A stretch of DNA of 64,000 nt from Candidatus Sumerlaeia bacterium (GTDB taxonomy: Bacteria > Sumerlaeota > Sumerlaeia > SLMS01 > JANRJK01): positions 1-64,000 of the forward strand of contig JANRJK010000002.1 in the NCBI GenBank assembly GCA_033764015.1. The letters are read 5' to 3'. The notes under the pieces are model-generated. The model was not told where the DNA came from, did no database searches, and worked only from the letters and a program-made list of their open reading frames with translations. The translations under genes and the position numbers were made by a program. Each line of letters starts with the position of its first letter. The stretch's first letter is position 1. Below, piece after piece: positions 53,958 to 64,000 of this stretch.

Positions 53958-55661
53958 TTACTGCGCGGCGGAGGCCACCCGTTCGGAACCGGCGCTGGTG
54001 GACAACGCCAGCCCCGTGTCGCGCGCGGCCTGTTCCACCTCGGGACGCACGGCGATCATCGATTGGTCGGTGGCCTTGCCAAGCTCCCTCAGCATCGGGC
54101 CCGGGAACAGGCCGATCCACAGCGCGGCCACCGAGAGGAACGCGAGCTGGCCCCATTCGCGGACGGAGAGGTCGTGCTCGTGGTCGTGGCCGTGGTCGCC
54201 GTGGCCGTGGTCGGCCTTGGCCGGGGAACCGAAGAAGACCTTCTGGTACATGATGAGCAGGTAGACCGCGCCGAAGATCACGCCGGTCGCGGCGATCGCC
54301 GCCACGAACCACGTGTACTGGCTCTGGCCCAGCGCCGCCATGAAGCTCGCAGGCTCCATCGCCATCAACCGCATCGGGATCGCGTTCATCGAACCGAGCA
54401 GGATGTTGAACTCGCCGATGAAACCGTTCAGCCCCGGGAGGCCGACGCTGCTGAGCAGCATCACCATGGTGAGCGACGCGTAGATCGGGAGCGTGTGCGC
54501 GAGGCCGCCGAGCTTCGCCATCTCGCGCGTGTGGCGCCGCTCGTAGATCATGCCGACCGCGAGGAACAGCCCGCCGGTCGAGATGCCGTGGTTGAACATC
54601 TGCAGGATCGCAGCCGTCATGCCCTGGTTGTTGAAGGTGAACACCCCAAGGACGATGAAGCCCATGTGCGAGACGGAGGAGTACGCCACGAGCCGCTTCA
54701 TGTCGGTCTGCACCATCGCGGTCAGCGCGCCATACACGATCGCGATCAGGGACAAGTAGATGATGAGCGGCGCGAAGGCGAGGGAGGCGACCGGGAAGAG
54801 CGGCAGGCAGAAGCGCAGCATGCCGTAGACGCCGGTCTTCAGCAGCACCGCGGCCAGCACCACGGAGCCCGCGGTCGGCGCCTCCGTGTGCGCGTCCGGC
54901 AGCCAAGTGTGGAACGGGAACAACGGCACCTTGATCGCGAACGCGAAGAAGAGCGCCAGGAACGGCCACGTCGCCGTCCGCAGCGCGTCGGAGCCGTTGG
55001 CCAGCAGCATCTCGTAGGAGTAGGTCTGCCCGCCGTTGTAGTAGGTCCAGATCAGCGCCAGCAGCATCAGCACCGAGCCGGCCAGCGTGTAGAGCACGAA
55101 CTTCATCGTCGCGTAGATCCGGTTGCTCGAGCCGAAGATGCCGATCAGGAAGTACAACGGCACCAGCATCAGCTCCCAGAAAATGTAGAACAGGAACATG
55201 TCGAGCGCCGCGAAGGTGCCCATGATGCCGGTCTGCAGCAGCAGGATGAAGAAGTAGAAGGTCTTCTCGCGCTCCGTGACGGCGGTCCAGGAGCAGAGGA
55301 CGGCGATCACGCCCATGAGCGCCGTCAGGATCATCAAGGTGAACGAGAGGTGGTCGACGCCTATGGTGTAGGTGATGTTGAACTGCGGGAGCCAATCGGC
55401 GCTCTCTCGGAGCTGGAAGTGGCTGAGGACGCGGTCGCCGTGGACGCCGACCTCGAAGGCGGCCTGCTCCGAGGCGGGGAGCGCCCGGACGGCGTCGAGG
55501 TTCGGCGCCTGCCAGTCGAACTTTTGCGCGGCGGCGCCCACCAGCGCCAGATCCGCGATCATGATCGCGAGTGCGGCCCACTTCATCGCGGGGCGGGGAA
55601 CAACGAGGAGCGCCAGCAGGCCAAGTGCCAACGGCAGCCAGATGATCAGCGAAAGCAGCAT
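53958..55661 (-). CDS. nuoM: NADH-quinone oxidoreductase subunit M (orphan)
   Basis: FYIFWELMLVPLY, KVPLFPFHTWLPDAHTEAP, KRLVAYSSVSHMG, GLPGLNGFIGEF. Confidence 0.93.
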   Translation of the reverse strand: MLLSLIIWLPLALGLLALLVVPRPAMKWAALAIMIADLALVGAAAQKFDWQAPNLDAVRALPASEQAAFEVGVHGDRVLSHFQLRESADWLPQFNITYTIGVDHLSFTLMILTALMGVIAVLCSWTAVTEREKTFYFFILLLQTGIMGTFAALDMFLFYIFWELMLVPLYFLIGIFGSSNRIYATMKFVLYTLAGSVLMLLALIWTYYNGGQTYSYEMLLANGSDALRTATWPFLALFFAFAIKVPLFPFHTWLPDAHTEAPTAGSVVLAAVLLKTGVYGMLRFCLPLFPVASLAFAPLIIYLSLIAIVYGALTAMVQTDMKRLVAYSSVSHMGFIVLGVFTFNNQGMTAAILQMFNHGISTGGLFLAVGMIYERRHTREMAKLGGLAHTLPIYASLTMVMLLSSVGLPGLNGFIGEFNILLGSMNAIPMRLMAMEPASFMAALGQSQYTWFVAAIAATGVIFGAVYLLIMYQKVFFGSPAKADHGHGDHGHDHEHDLSVREWGQLAFLSVAALWIGLFPGPMLRELGKATDQSMIAVRPEVEQAARDTGLALSTSAGSERVASAAQ

Positions 55662-55919
55662 AGGGTCGTTCGGGAACCGTGGTCCGGTGAGGGTGTGGGC
55701 CGGCGCGCGCCAACCCGCATCGCAGCGGCCAGAACGGCCCCGCACGCCCACCGGGACAACAGGGAAATCGTCCGGAGCCCGGCCTCCCGGCCCGGCAAAC
55801 TGAAGAAAAGCGCTTGTTGTCGGTATGCAGTTGCGATGCGAGCGACCGCTTGCCCGCCGCGCCCCGCAGGCGCCGGATGGCACCCGGGCGCTGCGACGCC
55901 CGAACCCCGAGAGGACGCC

Positions 55920-56861
55920 ATGACCCGGACCGCCACTGCCTTCTTCGCCGCCGCCACCATTGTGCTGGCCGCCGCCCCCCTCCACGCCCAGGAGGCCTAC
56001 ACCCACGAAATCAAGCTCCAGAAGGGCGACGCCTTCGCCGTCAAGCGGTCCCAGGACCTCCTCATCGACCAGAAGATGATGGGCATGACCATGAAGGTCA
56101 CGAACCAGTCGAACGCGGTCTGGTCCTATAGCGTCCTGGACGTGGAGGCGGACGGCACCGCGCAGATCCAAGTGACCGTCCTGTCGATGGCCATGAATCT
56201 GGAAAACCCGATGATCAAGATCAAGTTCGACTCGAGCGCGGGCGCGGCTCCCACCACGCCGGAGGAGCGCATGGTCCAGGGGTTCGTGGGCCAGACGTTC
56301 TTCATCCGCCTCTCGAAGGCAGGCGAGGCGCTCGACGTTGTCGGCGCCGAGGCGATCCCCGAGGCCGCCTTCGCCGCCGCCCAGTTCCCCGAGGCGAACA
56401 TGATGGCGCCGATGCTGAAGGCCGAATTCGCCTCCGCGTTCACCGCCGATTCCCTCAAGAAGTTCCACACGAACTACTTCGGCGGGTACGACGGGCGCCA
56501 ACTCAAGGCGGGGGAGACCTGGACGGTCGAGGAGCCTTCCGAGCAGATGAACATGCACTCCCTCTCGAAGGTCACCTACACCGTCGCCGAGTCGACCGCC
56601 GGCCTGCTCGATGTCGCTTCCTCCGTGACCCTCTCGCCGGATTCGAACGCGCCCGCCGGCTCCATGGGCGGCCTGACCGGGACCGGGTCGGGAGTGACGC
56701 AGATCCACCTCGCGAGCGGGCTTCCCGTGCTCACCACGGGAACCGGCGCCTTCTCCTCGACGGTGACGACACAAGGCATGACCGTCGGGCTCAACATCAC
56801 GTCGTCCGAGCGAGCCGAGTTGCGCCCCACCGCCGGCGCCCTGCTCGGGCTGCTCAAGTGA
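55920..56861 (+). CDS. Secreted DUF6263-like protein
   Basis: Signal peptide LHA-Q; beta-rich; FDS, G.TW and SGL motifs; paralog of the next gene. Confidence 0.65.
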   Translation: MTRTATAFFAAATIVLAAAPLHAQEAYTHEIKLQKGDAFAVKRSQDLLIDQKMMGMTMKVTNQSNAVWSYSVLDVEADGTAQIQVTVLSMAMNLENPMIKIKFDSSAGAAPTTPEERMVQGFVGQTFFIRLSKAGEALDVVGAEAIPEAAFAAAQFPEANMMAPMLKAEFASAFTADSLKKFHTNYFGGYDGRQLKAGETWTVEEPSEQMNMHSLSKVTYTVAESTAGLLDVASSVTLSPDSNAPAGSMGGLTGTGSGVTQIHLASGLPVLTTGTGAFSSTVTTQGMTVGLNITSSERAELRPTAGALLGLLK

Positions 56862-57787
56862 TCCGCGTCCAGCGCGCCCTCGGCGCCCTCCTCCTCTTCG
56901 CCGCCGGCGCCTCCGCCCAGGACGCGGTGGATGCGCGCATCCGCCTCGCCGCCGGCGACGCGTTCGAACTGCGCCGCGTCGCCGCGGCGGAGATCAAGCA
57001 GACGCTCCCCACCGGCGAGGCGCAGACAATCCGCCGCGAAATCGACGCCCGCCACGATGTCGAGGTCGTTTCGGTCCGCGAGGACGGAGCCTTCGAGATC
57101 AAGGTCACCTGGGCGCGCTTCGTCTCGTCACAGGAATCCACCGCGAGCACCTACGAATTCGACACGGCCCAGGACAAGGACTCGAAGGAGGCGGTCCCGC
57201 AGTTCCTCATGGCGCTGGCGGGGCGTGGATTCACCGCCGTCCTGTCGCCCGACGGTTCGGTGTCGGAAGTGAAGGGGGCCGCCGAGGAGGCGGCGGCGGC
57301 GATCGAGACGCTTCCGGCGATGAAGCTGCCCGCGGCTGCGCCGGCCAAGGCCGCGCTGCTCAGCGAGTACTCGAACGAGCAGATCGGCAACCAGCTCGAA
57401 GCGGTCTTCCGCACGCTTCCGCCCTCCCCGGTCGAGCCCGGCGCCACTTGGACCATCGAGCACCGCCTCGGCGGTTCGCTCCCCATGGTCGCCACCAACA
57501 CCTACACGCTGTCCGAGGTCGGCGACGGCGCCATCGTGCTGTCGCTGGAGGGCGCGATCGCGTCGAACGACGCGGCGCCGCCGGTCAACGTGAACGGCGT
57601 GCCGATCCGCACCAGCGTCGCCGGCTCGCAGAAGGGCACCGTCGAGCTGTCGCCCGCCAGCGGCCTCCCGGTGAAGGCCACCATCGAGGGGGCGCTCACC
57701 GGGGAATCGGTCACCGGCGGCCAGCTCGTGATCCCCATCGAGCGCACCAATAAGATCACCGTGACCACCACGCCCAAGGCGAAGTGA
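56858..57787 (+). CDS. Secreted DUF6263-like protein (tandem paralog)
   Basis: Signal peptide ASA-Q; LP..PVEPGATW; SGLP; GTGA overlap. Confidence 0.7.
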   Translation: MIRVQRALGALLLFAAGASAQDAVDARIRLAAGDAFELRRVAAAEIKQTLPTGEAQTIRREIDARHDVEVVSVREDGAFEIKVTWARFVSSQESTASTYEFDTAQDKDSKEAVPQFLMALAGRGFTAVLSPDGSVSEVKGAAEEAAAAIETLPAMKLPAAAPAKAALLSEYSNEQIGNQLEAVFRTLPPSPVEPGATWTIEHRLGGSLPMVATNTYTLSEVGDGAIVLSLEGAIASNDAAPPVNVNGVPIRTSVAGSQKGTVELSPASGLPVKATIEGALTGESVTGGQLVIPIERTNKITVTTTPKAK

Positions 57788-58272
57788 CGGGCGCGGGAGC
57801 CTCCGCCGAGTACCGCGCGCTGCGCCGCCAAGTGGCGGCGCTCCTCGTTCTCTTCCTCGCGCTGCTTCTCTGGGGCGCCTGGCACCTCCGGCCCGGACCG
57901 CGCGAGGAACGCGCGATCCGGGCCGTCTTCCTCGAAGCCCAGAGACGCTTCGAGGAAGACAAGCCCGAGGAGATCGAGGCGCTTCTCGCCCGCGACTTCG
58001 CCTACCGCGGCATGGATCGCGCCGCGTTCCCGGCGTACCTCGCGCGGATGCGCGGCGTGTACCGGATGCCGCAGGCGACTTTCGAGTGCCTCGATTTCCA
58101 GTTCGCCGCGGACCGCTCCGAAGCCCTCGTCCGTGTCCGCGTCGACACCGGCGGGATGATCGATCTTGCCCGGCGGCAGGGGCGGCGCGACACCGTCCAC
58201 CTGCTCGACGTCTCGCTCCGCCGCGAGGGCGGCGACTGGCTGGTGACCACCTACGAGCTCCTCGACGACTGA
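57784..58272 (+). CDS. Membrane-anchored NTF2/SnoaL-like protein
   Basis: N-terminal TM; LLARDF, LRREGGDWLV. Confidence 0.6.
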   Translation: MTGAGASAEYRALRRQVAALLVLFLALLLWGAWHLRPGPREERAIRAVFLEAQRRFEEDKPEEIEALLARDFAYRGMDRAAFPAYLARMRGVYRMPQATFECLDFQFAADRSEALVRVRVDTGGMIDLARRQGRRDTVHLLDVSLRREGGDWLVTTYELLDD

Positions 58273-59294
58273 TGCGAACCCCGCTTACGCTGCTTGTCCT
58301 CCTCGCGGCGCTGGCCGCCACCGCCTGCGCCCCCCGCGCCCGGCTCGCCGGCGCCGATGTCCTCTTTCCCGACCTGCGGCCCGACACGGTCGACGCGACG
58401 ATGCTGCACGTCGCGGCGGGCGGAGCAGTGGTCGCTTTCCTCTCCATGCCCGAGGCCGCCCGCCCCGGCGGCCCGGTGCTCGATCCCGCTTCGATCCGCG
58501 CGACCTTCGACGGCGAGCCCTGCGCCTGGCACCTGGTCTACCGCCTGCCGCAGCTCCCGGCGGTCGCCGTGCTGCTCCCCGAGGACGCCCTCGCGCGGGG
58601 TGGCGGCGAACTCCGAATCCGCGCGGGTCTGCTCGGCCACCGCGGCGACGCCTTCGATGCGCGCCGCCGGCTGGAACCGGCGGACGGCGCCCGCCCGATC
58701 TGGTCCGAATTCACCGTGAACGTGGTGGACGCGCAGGGCGACCCCATGCCGGGGGCGCTCCTTTACGGCCAGCACCTCAAGGGCCTCTTCCGGCGCACCG
58801 GCGGCGAGGGGGTCGCGCATCTCGACGCGTTGGTGCGCGGACGGATCGAAGCGCACCTCGCCTACGCGCCGGGGCATTGGGCCGCGGCGTTCGATCCGCG
58901 GACGGTCACCGGCGCCGCGCTGCGGCCCGTCGCGCCGGACGCCGCCCGGGCGGTGCGGGAACTCGGCGGCATCGCCCCGCAGCCGCTCGCCGGTGGCCCG
59001 CGCTCCCCGCGAGCGCTTGGCGTGCGGGAGGTCGCCGTCGAACTCGCCGCGGACGCCCTCCCGCAGGATGGCTGGGCGCTCGTCGAGGTGGCCGGGCGGT
59101 ACTGGCTGGCGCTGCGCGGCGCGGATACCCATCGAGTCCTGCTGCCGGACGACGGAGCCGCCCACCTGCTGGTGGCCTCGGCGCCGGGGCATCTTCCCGT
59201 CCGCGTCGAGGTGCCCGCCGCGGCCGGGAACGCGGTGCTCCGCTTGGCGCCGATGCCGACCTCCGACGCGCAAGCAGGCCAAAATACCCCTTGA
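58272..59294 (+). CDS. Hypothetical lipoprotein
   Basis: Lipobox [16 protein letters not shown] carboxypeptidase-regulatory-like motif; TGATG coupling. Confidence 0.65.
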   Translation: MRTPLTLLVLLAALAATACAPRARLAGADVLFPDLRPDTVDATMLHVAAGGAVVAFLSMPEAARPGGPVLDPASIRATFDGEPCAWHLVYRLPQLPAVAVLLPEDALARGGGELRIRAGLLGHRGDAFDARRRLEPADGARPIWSEFTVNVVDAQGDPMPGALLYGQHLKGLFRRTGGEGVAHLDALVRGRIEAHLAYAPGHWAAAFDPRTVTGAALRPVAPDAARAVRELGGIAPQPLAGGPRSPRALGVREVAVELAADALPQDGWALVEVAGRYWLALRGADTHRVLLPDDGAAHLLVASAPGHLPVRVEVPAAAGNAVLRLAPMPTSDAQAGQNTP

Positions 59295-59319
59295 CGGACC
59301 CGTCGAGGCGCCGCACCCT
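59291..59319 (+). promoter_or_regulatory. Putative promoter of rpoD
   Basis: TTGACG-N17-CACCCT. Confidence 0.45.
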
Positions 59320-59490
59320 CTTGAAATTACTGGGGAGAATTGCGCCCTGCCGCCGCTAGGCACCAAGCCATCCGGGGACCACGCCACACCCACGACGATC
59401 CTCCCCGCTCCCGGCACGCAGCTCCCGCCCGCCCCCCGCCCAAATCAAGACCTCGGCAACCCGACCACGAAAGGCAGCACCCGACCGGAC

Positions 59491-61371
59491 ATGAAGAAGT
59501 CCGCCAACAAGAAGTTCACATCGATCATCCAGCAGCTCGTGCTCCGCAGCCAGGCGAACGGACACATCACCTACGAGGACATCAACGACGTCCTTCCCGC
59601 GGATTTCCCGACGGACGACATGGAGCCGCTGCTGGTCGAGCTGGAGGGCCTTGAGATCGCCATCCGCGAGCCCGGGGAAGCCGCCCCCGCACCGCAGAAG
59701 CCCAAGGCGAAGGCCCCCGCCAAGAAGGCCGGCGAAGACGAGAAGGACGAAAAGCCCATCGGCACCGGCGAAGTCATCATGGACGACGCCGACGACGAGG
59801 AGGCGCTCGCGGAGCTCCGCCGCACGCTCCTCCAGCAGCCCGTCGACACCTCGCGCATCGACGACCCGGTCCGCCTGTACCTGATGGAAATGGGCAAGGT
59901 GCCCCTCCTCACGCGCGACGAGGAGGTCCACCTCGCGAAGCAGATCGAGAAGGGCCGCCACGAGATCATGGGCGCCATCTCGCGCGCGACGGTCACCGCC
60001 GGCGAGCTGAAGCGCATCTCCGCGCGCATCGAAACGGGCCAGTTCAACCTGAACGAGATCCTCCGCGCCACCGTCGACGAGACGGACCCGGAGGAGCGCG
60101 CCCGCGTCATCAAGCTGGTCCTCGACAACCTCAACCTCGCGCTCCGCAACTACGAGGCGATCGCCAACGAACTCGACCTCCTCGAAGACCCGAACGCGCC
60201 GGAGGACGAGAGCGGCAAGTCCCGCGAACTCGTCGAGCGCCTCCGCTCGGAAATCTACGACGCGCTCCGCAAGATCGACCTCAACTTCTCCATCGTCGAG
60301 CAGATCGCCCTGCGCGTGAAGGACCTGTACGCGCAGATCGACAAGGCGCAGGACGACATCAAGCGCACGCTCCTCCAGGCGATGACGACGCCAAAGGGCG
60401 ACCTGCACCGCGCCATCAGCGGCGAGGAGGACCTCCGCAAGATCGTCCGACGCACCCGCAAGAACTCGCCCGAGGCGAAGAAGCTCATCCGCGACACCGG
60501 GCGCATGCTCGACGACTTCATCAAGTTCGACAAGCGCATCCGCATGGCGCAGCGAAACATCAAGCGCCTCGAGAAGGAAGCCGGCAACAGCTACCTCGAA
60601 CTCAAGGAAGTCGTCCGCCAGATCCGCGAAGGCGAGAAGATCGCCCACGACGCAAAGATGAAGGTCGTCGAGGCCAACCTCCGCCTCGTGGTCTCCATCG
60701 CGAAGAAGTACACCAACCGCGGCCTCCAGTTCCTCGACCTCATCCAGGAGGGGAACATCGGCCTCATGCGCGCCGTCGACAAGTTCGAGTACCAGCGCGG
60801 CTACAAGTTCTCCACCTACGCCACCTGGTGGATCCGCCAAGCCGTCACCCGCGCCATCGCGGACCAGGCGCGCACGATCCGCATCCCGGTCCACATGATC
60901 GAGACGATCAACAAGCTCTCGCGCGTGCAGCGCTTCCTCGTGCAGGAACTCGGCCGCGAACCAACCCCCGACGAGATAGCCGAGAAGATGGGCATGCCGG
61001 TGGACAAGATCCGCCGCGTGTTCAAGATCGCCCAGCAGCCGATCTCGCTCGAGACGCCGATCGGCGAGGACGGCGACTCGCACTTCGGCGACTTCATCCC
61101 CGACGAGGACGCCCCCTCCCCCGTCTCCGCAACGGCCTACAAGCTGATGCAGGAGAAGATCGAAGAGGTCCTCGAAACGCTCACGGAGCGCGAACAGAAG
61201 GTGCTCCGCCTGCGCTTCGGCATCGGCTCCAGCGACTTCCCCCGCACCCTCGAAGAAGTCGGCACCATCTTCAACGTCACCCGCGAACGCGTCCGGCAGA
61301 TCGAGACCAAGGCGCTCAACAAGCTCCGCCACCCGAGCCGCCGCGGTAAGCTGATCGAGTTCATGGAGTAG
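59491..61371 (+). CDS. rpoD: RNA polymerase primary sigma factor RpoD
   Basis: Region 1.1 [57 protein letters not shown]. Confidence 0.97.
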   Translation: MKKSANKKFTSIIQQLVLRSQANGHITYEDINDVLPADFPTDDMEPLLVELEGLEIAIREPGEAAPAPQKPKAKAPAKKAGEDEKDEKPIGTGEVIMDDADDEEALAELRRTLLQQPVDTSRIDDPVRLYLMEMGKVPLLTRDEEVHLAKQIEKGRHEIMGAISRATVTAGELKRISARIETGQFNLNEILRATVDETDPEERARVIKLVLDNLNLALRNYEAIANELDLLEDPNAPEDESGKSRELVERLRSEIYDALRKIDLNFSIVEQIALRVKDLYAQIDKAQDDIKRTLLQAMTTPKGDLHRAISGEEDLRKIVRRTRKNSPEAKKLIRDTGRMLDDFIKFDKRIRMAQRNIKRLEKEAGNSYLELKEVVRQIREGEKIAHDAKMKVVEANLRLVVSIAKKYTNRGLQFLDLIQEGNIGLMRAVDKFEYQRGYKFSTYATWWIRQAVTRAIADQARTIRIPVHMIETINKLSRVQRFLVQELGREPTPDEIAEKMGMPVDKIRRVFKIAQQPISLETPIGEDGDSHFGDFIPDEDAPSPVSATAYKLMQEKIEEVLETLTEREQKVLRLRFGIGSSDFPRTLEEVGTIFNVTRERVRQIETKALNKLRHPSRRGKLIEFME

Positions 61372-61408
61372 GCGGCGGCCCGGAAGGGGCCTCCACGCGC
61401 AGCGATTC

Positions 61409-61446
61409 CGGGCGGCGGGGCGAAAGCTCCGCCGCCCGAGTTCTTC
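61409..61446 (+). terminator. Intrinsic terminator between convergent genes
   Basis: CGGGCGGCGGGGC-GAAA-GCTCCGCCGCCCG followed by AGTTCTTC. Confidence 0.7.
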
Positions 61447-61449
61447 CCG

Positions 61450-62297
61450 CTACCTGTCCGGCGAGCGCTTCTCGTTGGCGTAGGATCGGAGTACCGCAGC
61501 CGTCGCGCGCAACATCACGCCGCACTTCTCCGGAAAGCCCAACTCAAGATCGCGGACGAACGAGTATGCCAGGGACAGCCACATGAGGAGGGTCAGCTCG
61601 GCGTAGCCGCGCCCCTTCTCGATTCCGCGGGGGGACCATTCGCCGCTCTTCGCGGAACCGGAGAGCGCCCAATGCCCGTCCATCAGCTTGTCCCCCCGAG
61701 CGTGATCTCGCCCTTCCGGCAGTCAACGACATGGCGGCGCAGCAACTCCGCGTCGGAGAGCGTGGCGCCGTAGCGCTCCTCCAACGTCGCCCGGTCCGGG
61801 AGGAAGTCCAACCGCCATGAGAGTTGGGACATCAGCTCGAGCGCCCCGCGCCGCGTCATCGAGCGGAAGCCGCGCTCATGGAGGATTACGTGGGCACCCC
61901 TGGTCCGAACCGCCAGCCATCCGACAGCGGACAGCATGAGGACTAGCAGCGGAATCTCTCCCTCGAACCCCTCTCGCCATGTCCCGCTGCGGATCATCAG
62001 CTCACGCTCCATAATCCCCGAAAGCTCGATGGGGAGAAGGAACACCAGTGCTCCGGCCGCGGTCGGGTCGGCAGCCGACTGTAGGAACGCCACGGTCGAG
62101 GCGACGACCACGACCTTCAGCACGACCGCGCCCGCGGCGTAGATGCCCCAAGGGAAGAACTCGCGCCGGACATACAGCAGCGCCATGAAGAGCAACGCCG
62201 CCGGTGTGATGTAGTAGGAGGCGATCAGCAGAAGTGGCCACAGCCACCGCTTGTGCCGCGGGGCGATCATGGCGATCCTGTCGTTGGAAGCGCCCAT
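61450..62297 (-). pseudogene. Membrane protein, probably one gene split by a frameshift at a G6 tract (61692-61697)
   Basis: GGAGG RBS and ATG at 62297; about 4 TM segments; adding one G joins ..ITLGG-DKLMDGHW.. to ORF 61450-61683; two coupled genes remain possible. Confidence 0.5.
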
Positions 62298-62588
62298 GGC
62301 GCGGCCTCCGGAGTACCGCCGAAGGATAGGCATGAGGCGCGCCGTTCCGCAATGCGGATCCCGGCCGCCCGGCGGCGCCTCGCGGAGCGGTGCGGAAAAG
62401 CATTGGCCGCAAGGTTTTCCGCTTGCATCGCCCCGGAGCGGACGGGTTTCCTTTCCCGCTTTGCGTCCGCACGGGCTTTGTCCCGTGGCGGGCGCGCAAC
62501 CCGACCAAGCCACCCGCGGCGACGCCGCGGGCACCGAGCGCCGGCATCGCAGGACGCGGCTTGGCGGTCAGGAATCGAGTGAAGTCCC

Positions 62589-62978
62589 ATGAAGCAGATG
62601 GTCCGTGATTTCGAAGCACGGCAGCTTCGCAGCGACGTCCCGGAATTCCGCCCTGGCGACACCGTCCGGGTCTCCGTCCGTATCAAGGAAGGGGACAAGG
62701 AACGCGTGCAGGACTACGAAGGCGTAGTCATCAAGATCAAGGGCGAGGGTTTGCGGGAGACGTTCACGGTGCGGCGGCTTTCCTTCGGCGTGGGCATGGA
62801 GCGCATCTTCCCGATGCACAGCCCGCGGATCGAAGAGATCAAGGTCGTGCGCCGCGGCATCGTCCGGCGCGCCAAGCTGTACTACCTCCGCAGCCTCAGC
62901 GGCAAGAAGGCCCGCATCCGCGAACGCCGCGCCGTCCGCCCGGACGCGTCGGCGAAGGCCGCATCCGCGGAGAACTAA
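62589..62978 (+). CDS. rplS: 50S ribosomal protein L19
   Basis: [36 protein letters not shown]. Confidence 0.98.
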   Translation: MKQMVRDFEARQLRSDVPEFRPGDTVRVSVRIKEGDKERVQDYEGVVIKIKGEGLRETFTVRRLSFGVGMERIFPMHSPRIEEIKVVRRGIVRRAKLYYLRSLSGKKARIRERRAVRPDASAKAASAEN

Positions 62979-63114
62979 GACGGACCTGGGGCCCGTGCGC
63001 CGCTGCGGCGCCGGGCCGCGAGTCGCCACCCCGCCGGCGCGCCCCGCGCCCGCCGGCCTTCCCTGCCACGGAGCCGAGTGCTCCGTCGCCAACCCATAGG
63101 GAGTACCCTTCCCC

Positions 63115-63588
63115 ATGCCACAATGCGCATACGAATGCGTCGTGGTGGTCGATCCCACGAAGACGGAGCAGGACATCACCACCCTGCACGACCGCATCGC
63201 GGACACGATCACCACAAACGGCGGCCAGGTCACCACGCGTGACGTCTGGGGCCGCCGCCGGCTCGCCTACGAGATCAACCGCCGCCGCGAAGGCCACTAC
63301 ACGGTCTTCCACTTCGACGGCCCCTCCTCCGGCCAGCTCCTCCCCGAACTGAAGCGCCTCCTGCGCCTCGACGAGTCGATCCTGCGCTTCCTCGTGGTCC
63401 GCGCGGTCGTCGGCAAGTCGAAGGGCGATCCGGCGCTCGCCGAGCGCATCCAGGCCCAGATGTCGGCCCCGCGCTACGGCGGCAACCGCCGTCCGTCCGG
63501 CCCGCCCCGCGGCGAAGACGCCGCGGCGGCCGCCGAGGCACCCGCTGCGGAGGCCGCACCGGCCGAAGCGGCGCCCGCCACCGAGTAA
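63115..63588 (+). CDS. rpsF: 30S ribosomal protein S6
   Basis: YE, WGRRRLAYEI, EGHY, ILRFL. Confidence 0.96.
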   Translation: MPQCAYECVVVVDPTKTEQDITTLHDRIADTITTNGGQVTTRDVWGRRRLAYEINRRREGHYTVFHFDGPSSGQLLPELKRLLRLDESILRFLVVRAVVGKSKGDPALAERIQAQMSAPRYGGNRRPSGPPRGEDAAAAAEAPAAEAAPAEAAPATE

Positions 63589-63609
63589 CCGGAAAGGGAA
63601 CCGCGCACC

Positions 63610-64000
63610 GTGCCCGCCTTCATCACCATCTACGGCAACCTCGGCCGCGACGCCGAGGTCCGCTCCACCGCGAGCGGCGACACCATGGTCAGCTTTTCCG
63701 TGGCCGTCTCCCATTGGAACGCCAAGGAACGCTCGGAGACCACTTCCTGGTTCCGCGTGTCCGTCTTCGGACGCTACGCCGAAACCTTCAAGGAACTCCG
63801 CAAGGGCGATGTCGTGCTGGTGAACGGCGACCTCGAACTGCGCGAGTTCGCCGCCCAGGATGGAACCAAGCGCATGAGCGCCGAGATCATCGCCCGCACC
63901 GTCAAGGACATCAGCCGCCAGATGCGCTCGCGCATGGGCGGCGGCGCCCAAGGCGGGGCGGAGCATGCCTCCGAAGCCCCCCCTTCGCAGGGTGGGTGGA
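63610..64000 (+). CDS. ssb: Single-stranded DNA-binding protein (truncated by the window end)
   Basis: GNLGRDAEVR, TSWFRVSVFG, LRKGD.V.V.G; follows rpsF; missing from the ORF track. Confidence 0.93.
   Translation, partial: MPAFITIYGNLGRDAEVRSTASGDTMVSFSVAVSHWNAKERSETTSWFRVSVFGRYAETFKELRKGDVVLVNGDLELREFAAQDGTKRMSAEIIARTVKDISRQMRSRMGGGAQGGAEHASEAPPSQGGW

Noticed and set aside
55662..56774. Apparent N-terminal extension of nuoM (938-aa ORF)
   Set aside because: Antisense to the DUF6263-like gene; NuoM homology begins at MLLSLIIWLP (55661).

Overview
High-GC bacterial chromosomal segment, inferred to be from Candidatus Sumerlaeota (BRC1) or a relative, based on the pilin-like protein ending YDPTNG..S.G.I and two secreted enzymes ending in V..W.L[Y/L]. 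Most of it is housekeeping or envelope-related: tpiA, phhA, dnaK-grpE, ileS with a DksA-like gene, galE, a GH57 branching enzyme, prfC, a polysaccharide cluster (GT4 x2, Wzy-like, WecA-like, gmd), an orphan nuoM, rpoD, rplS, rpsF and ssb. The strongest novel candidate is a two-gene module present twice (9624-11115 and 25173-26602). Each copy encodes a small secreted protein with a conserved 12-cysteine scaffold and divergent loops, followed by a distantly homologous ~320-aa secreted partner. Each copy has a simple-sequence repeat, (AG)5 or G13, in its predicted -35/-10 promoter spacer, and copy 1 has a +1 frameshift in an A4C4 tract. Other notable items: a ~1.5-kb insert bounded by a duplicated terminator+promoter+gene-start unit; a putative short C-terminal sorting motif; a voltage-gated channel with a TLDGWVE filter; a DksA-like protein with a histone-like tail and rearranged Zn finger; a kinase with a catalytic-loop Asn-to-Gln change; and divergent DUF3800-like and YajQ-like proteins. 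No rRNA, tRNA, CRISPR array, transposase or integrase was recognised. Family calls come from motif recognition by eye, not from database searches.
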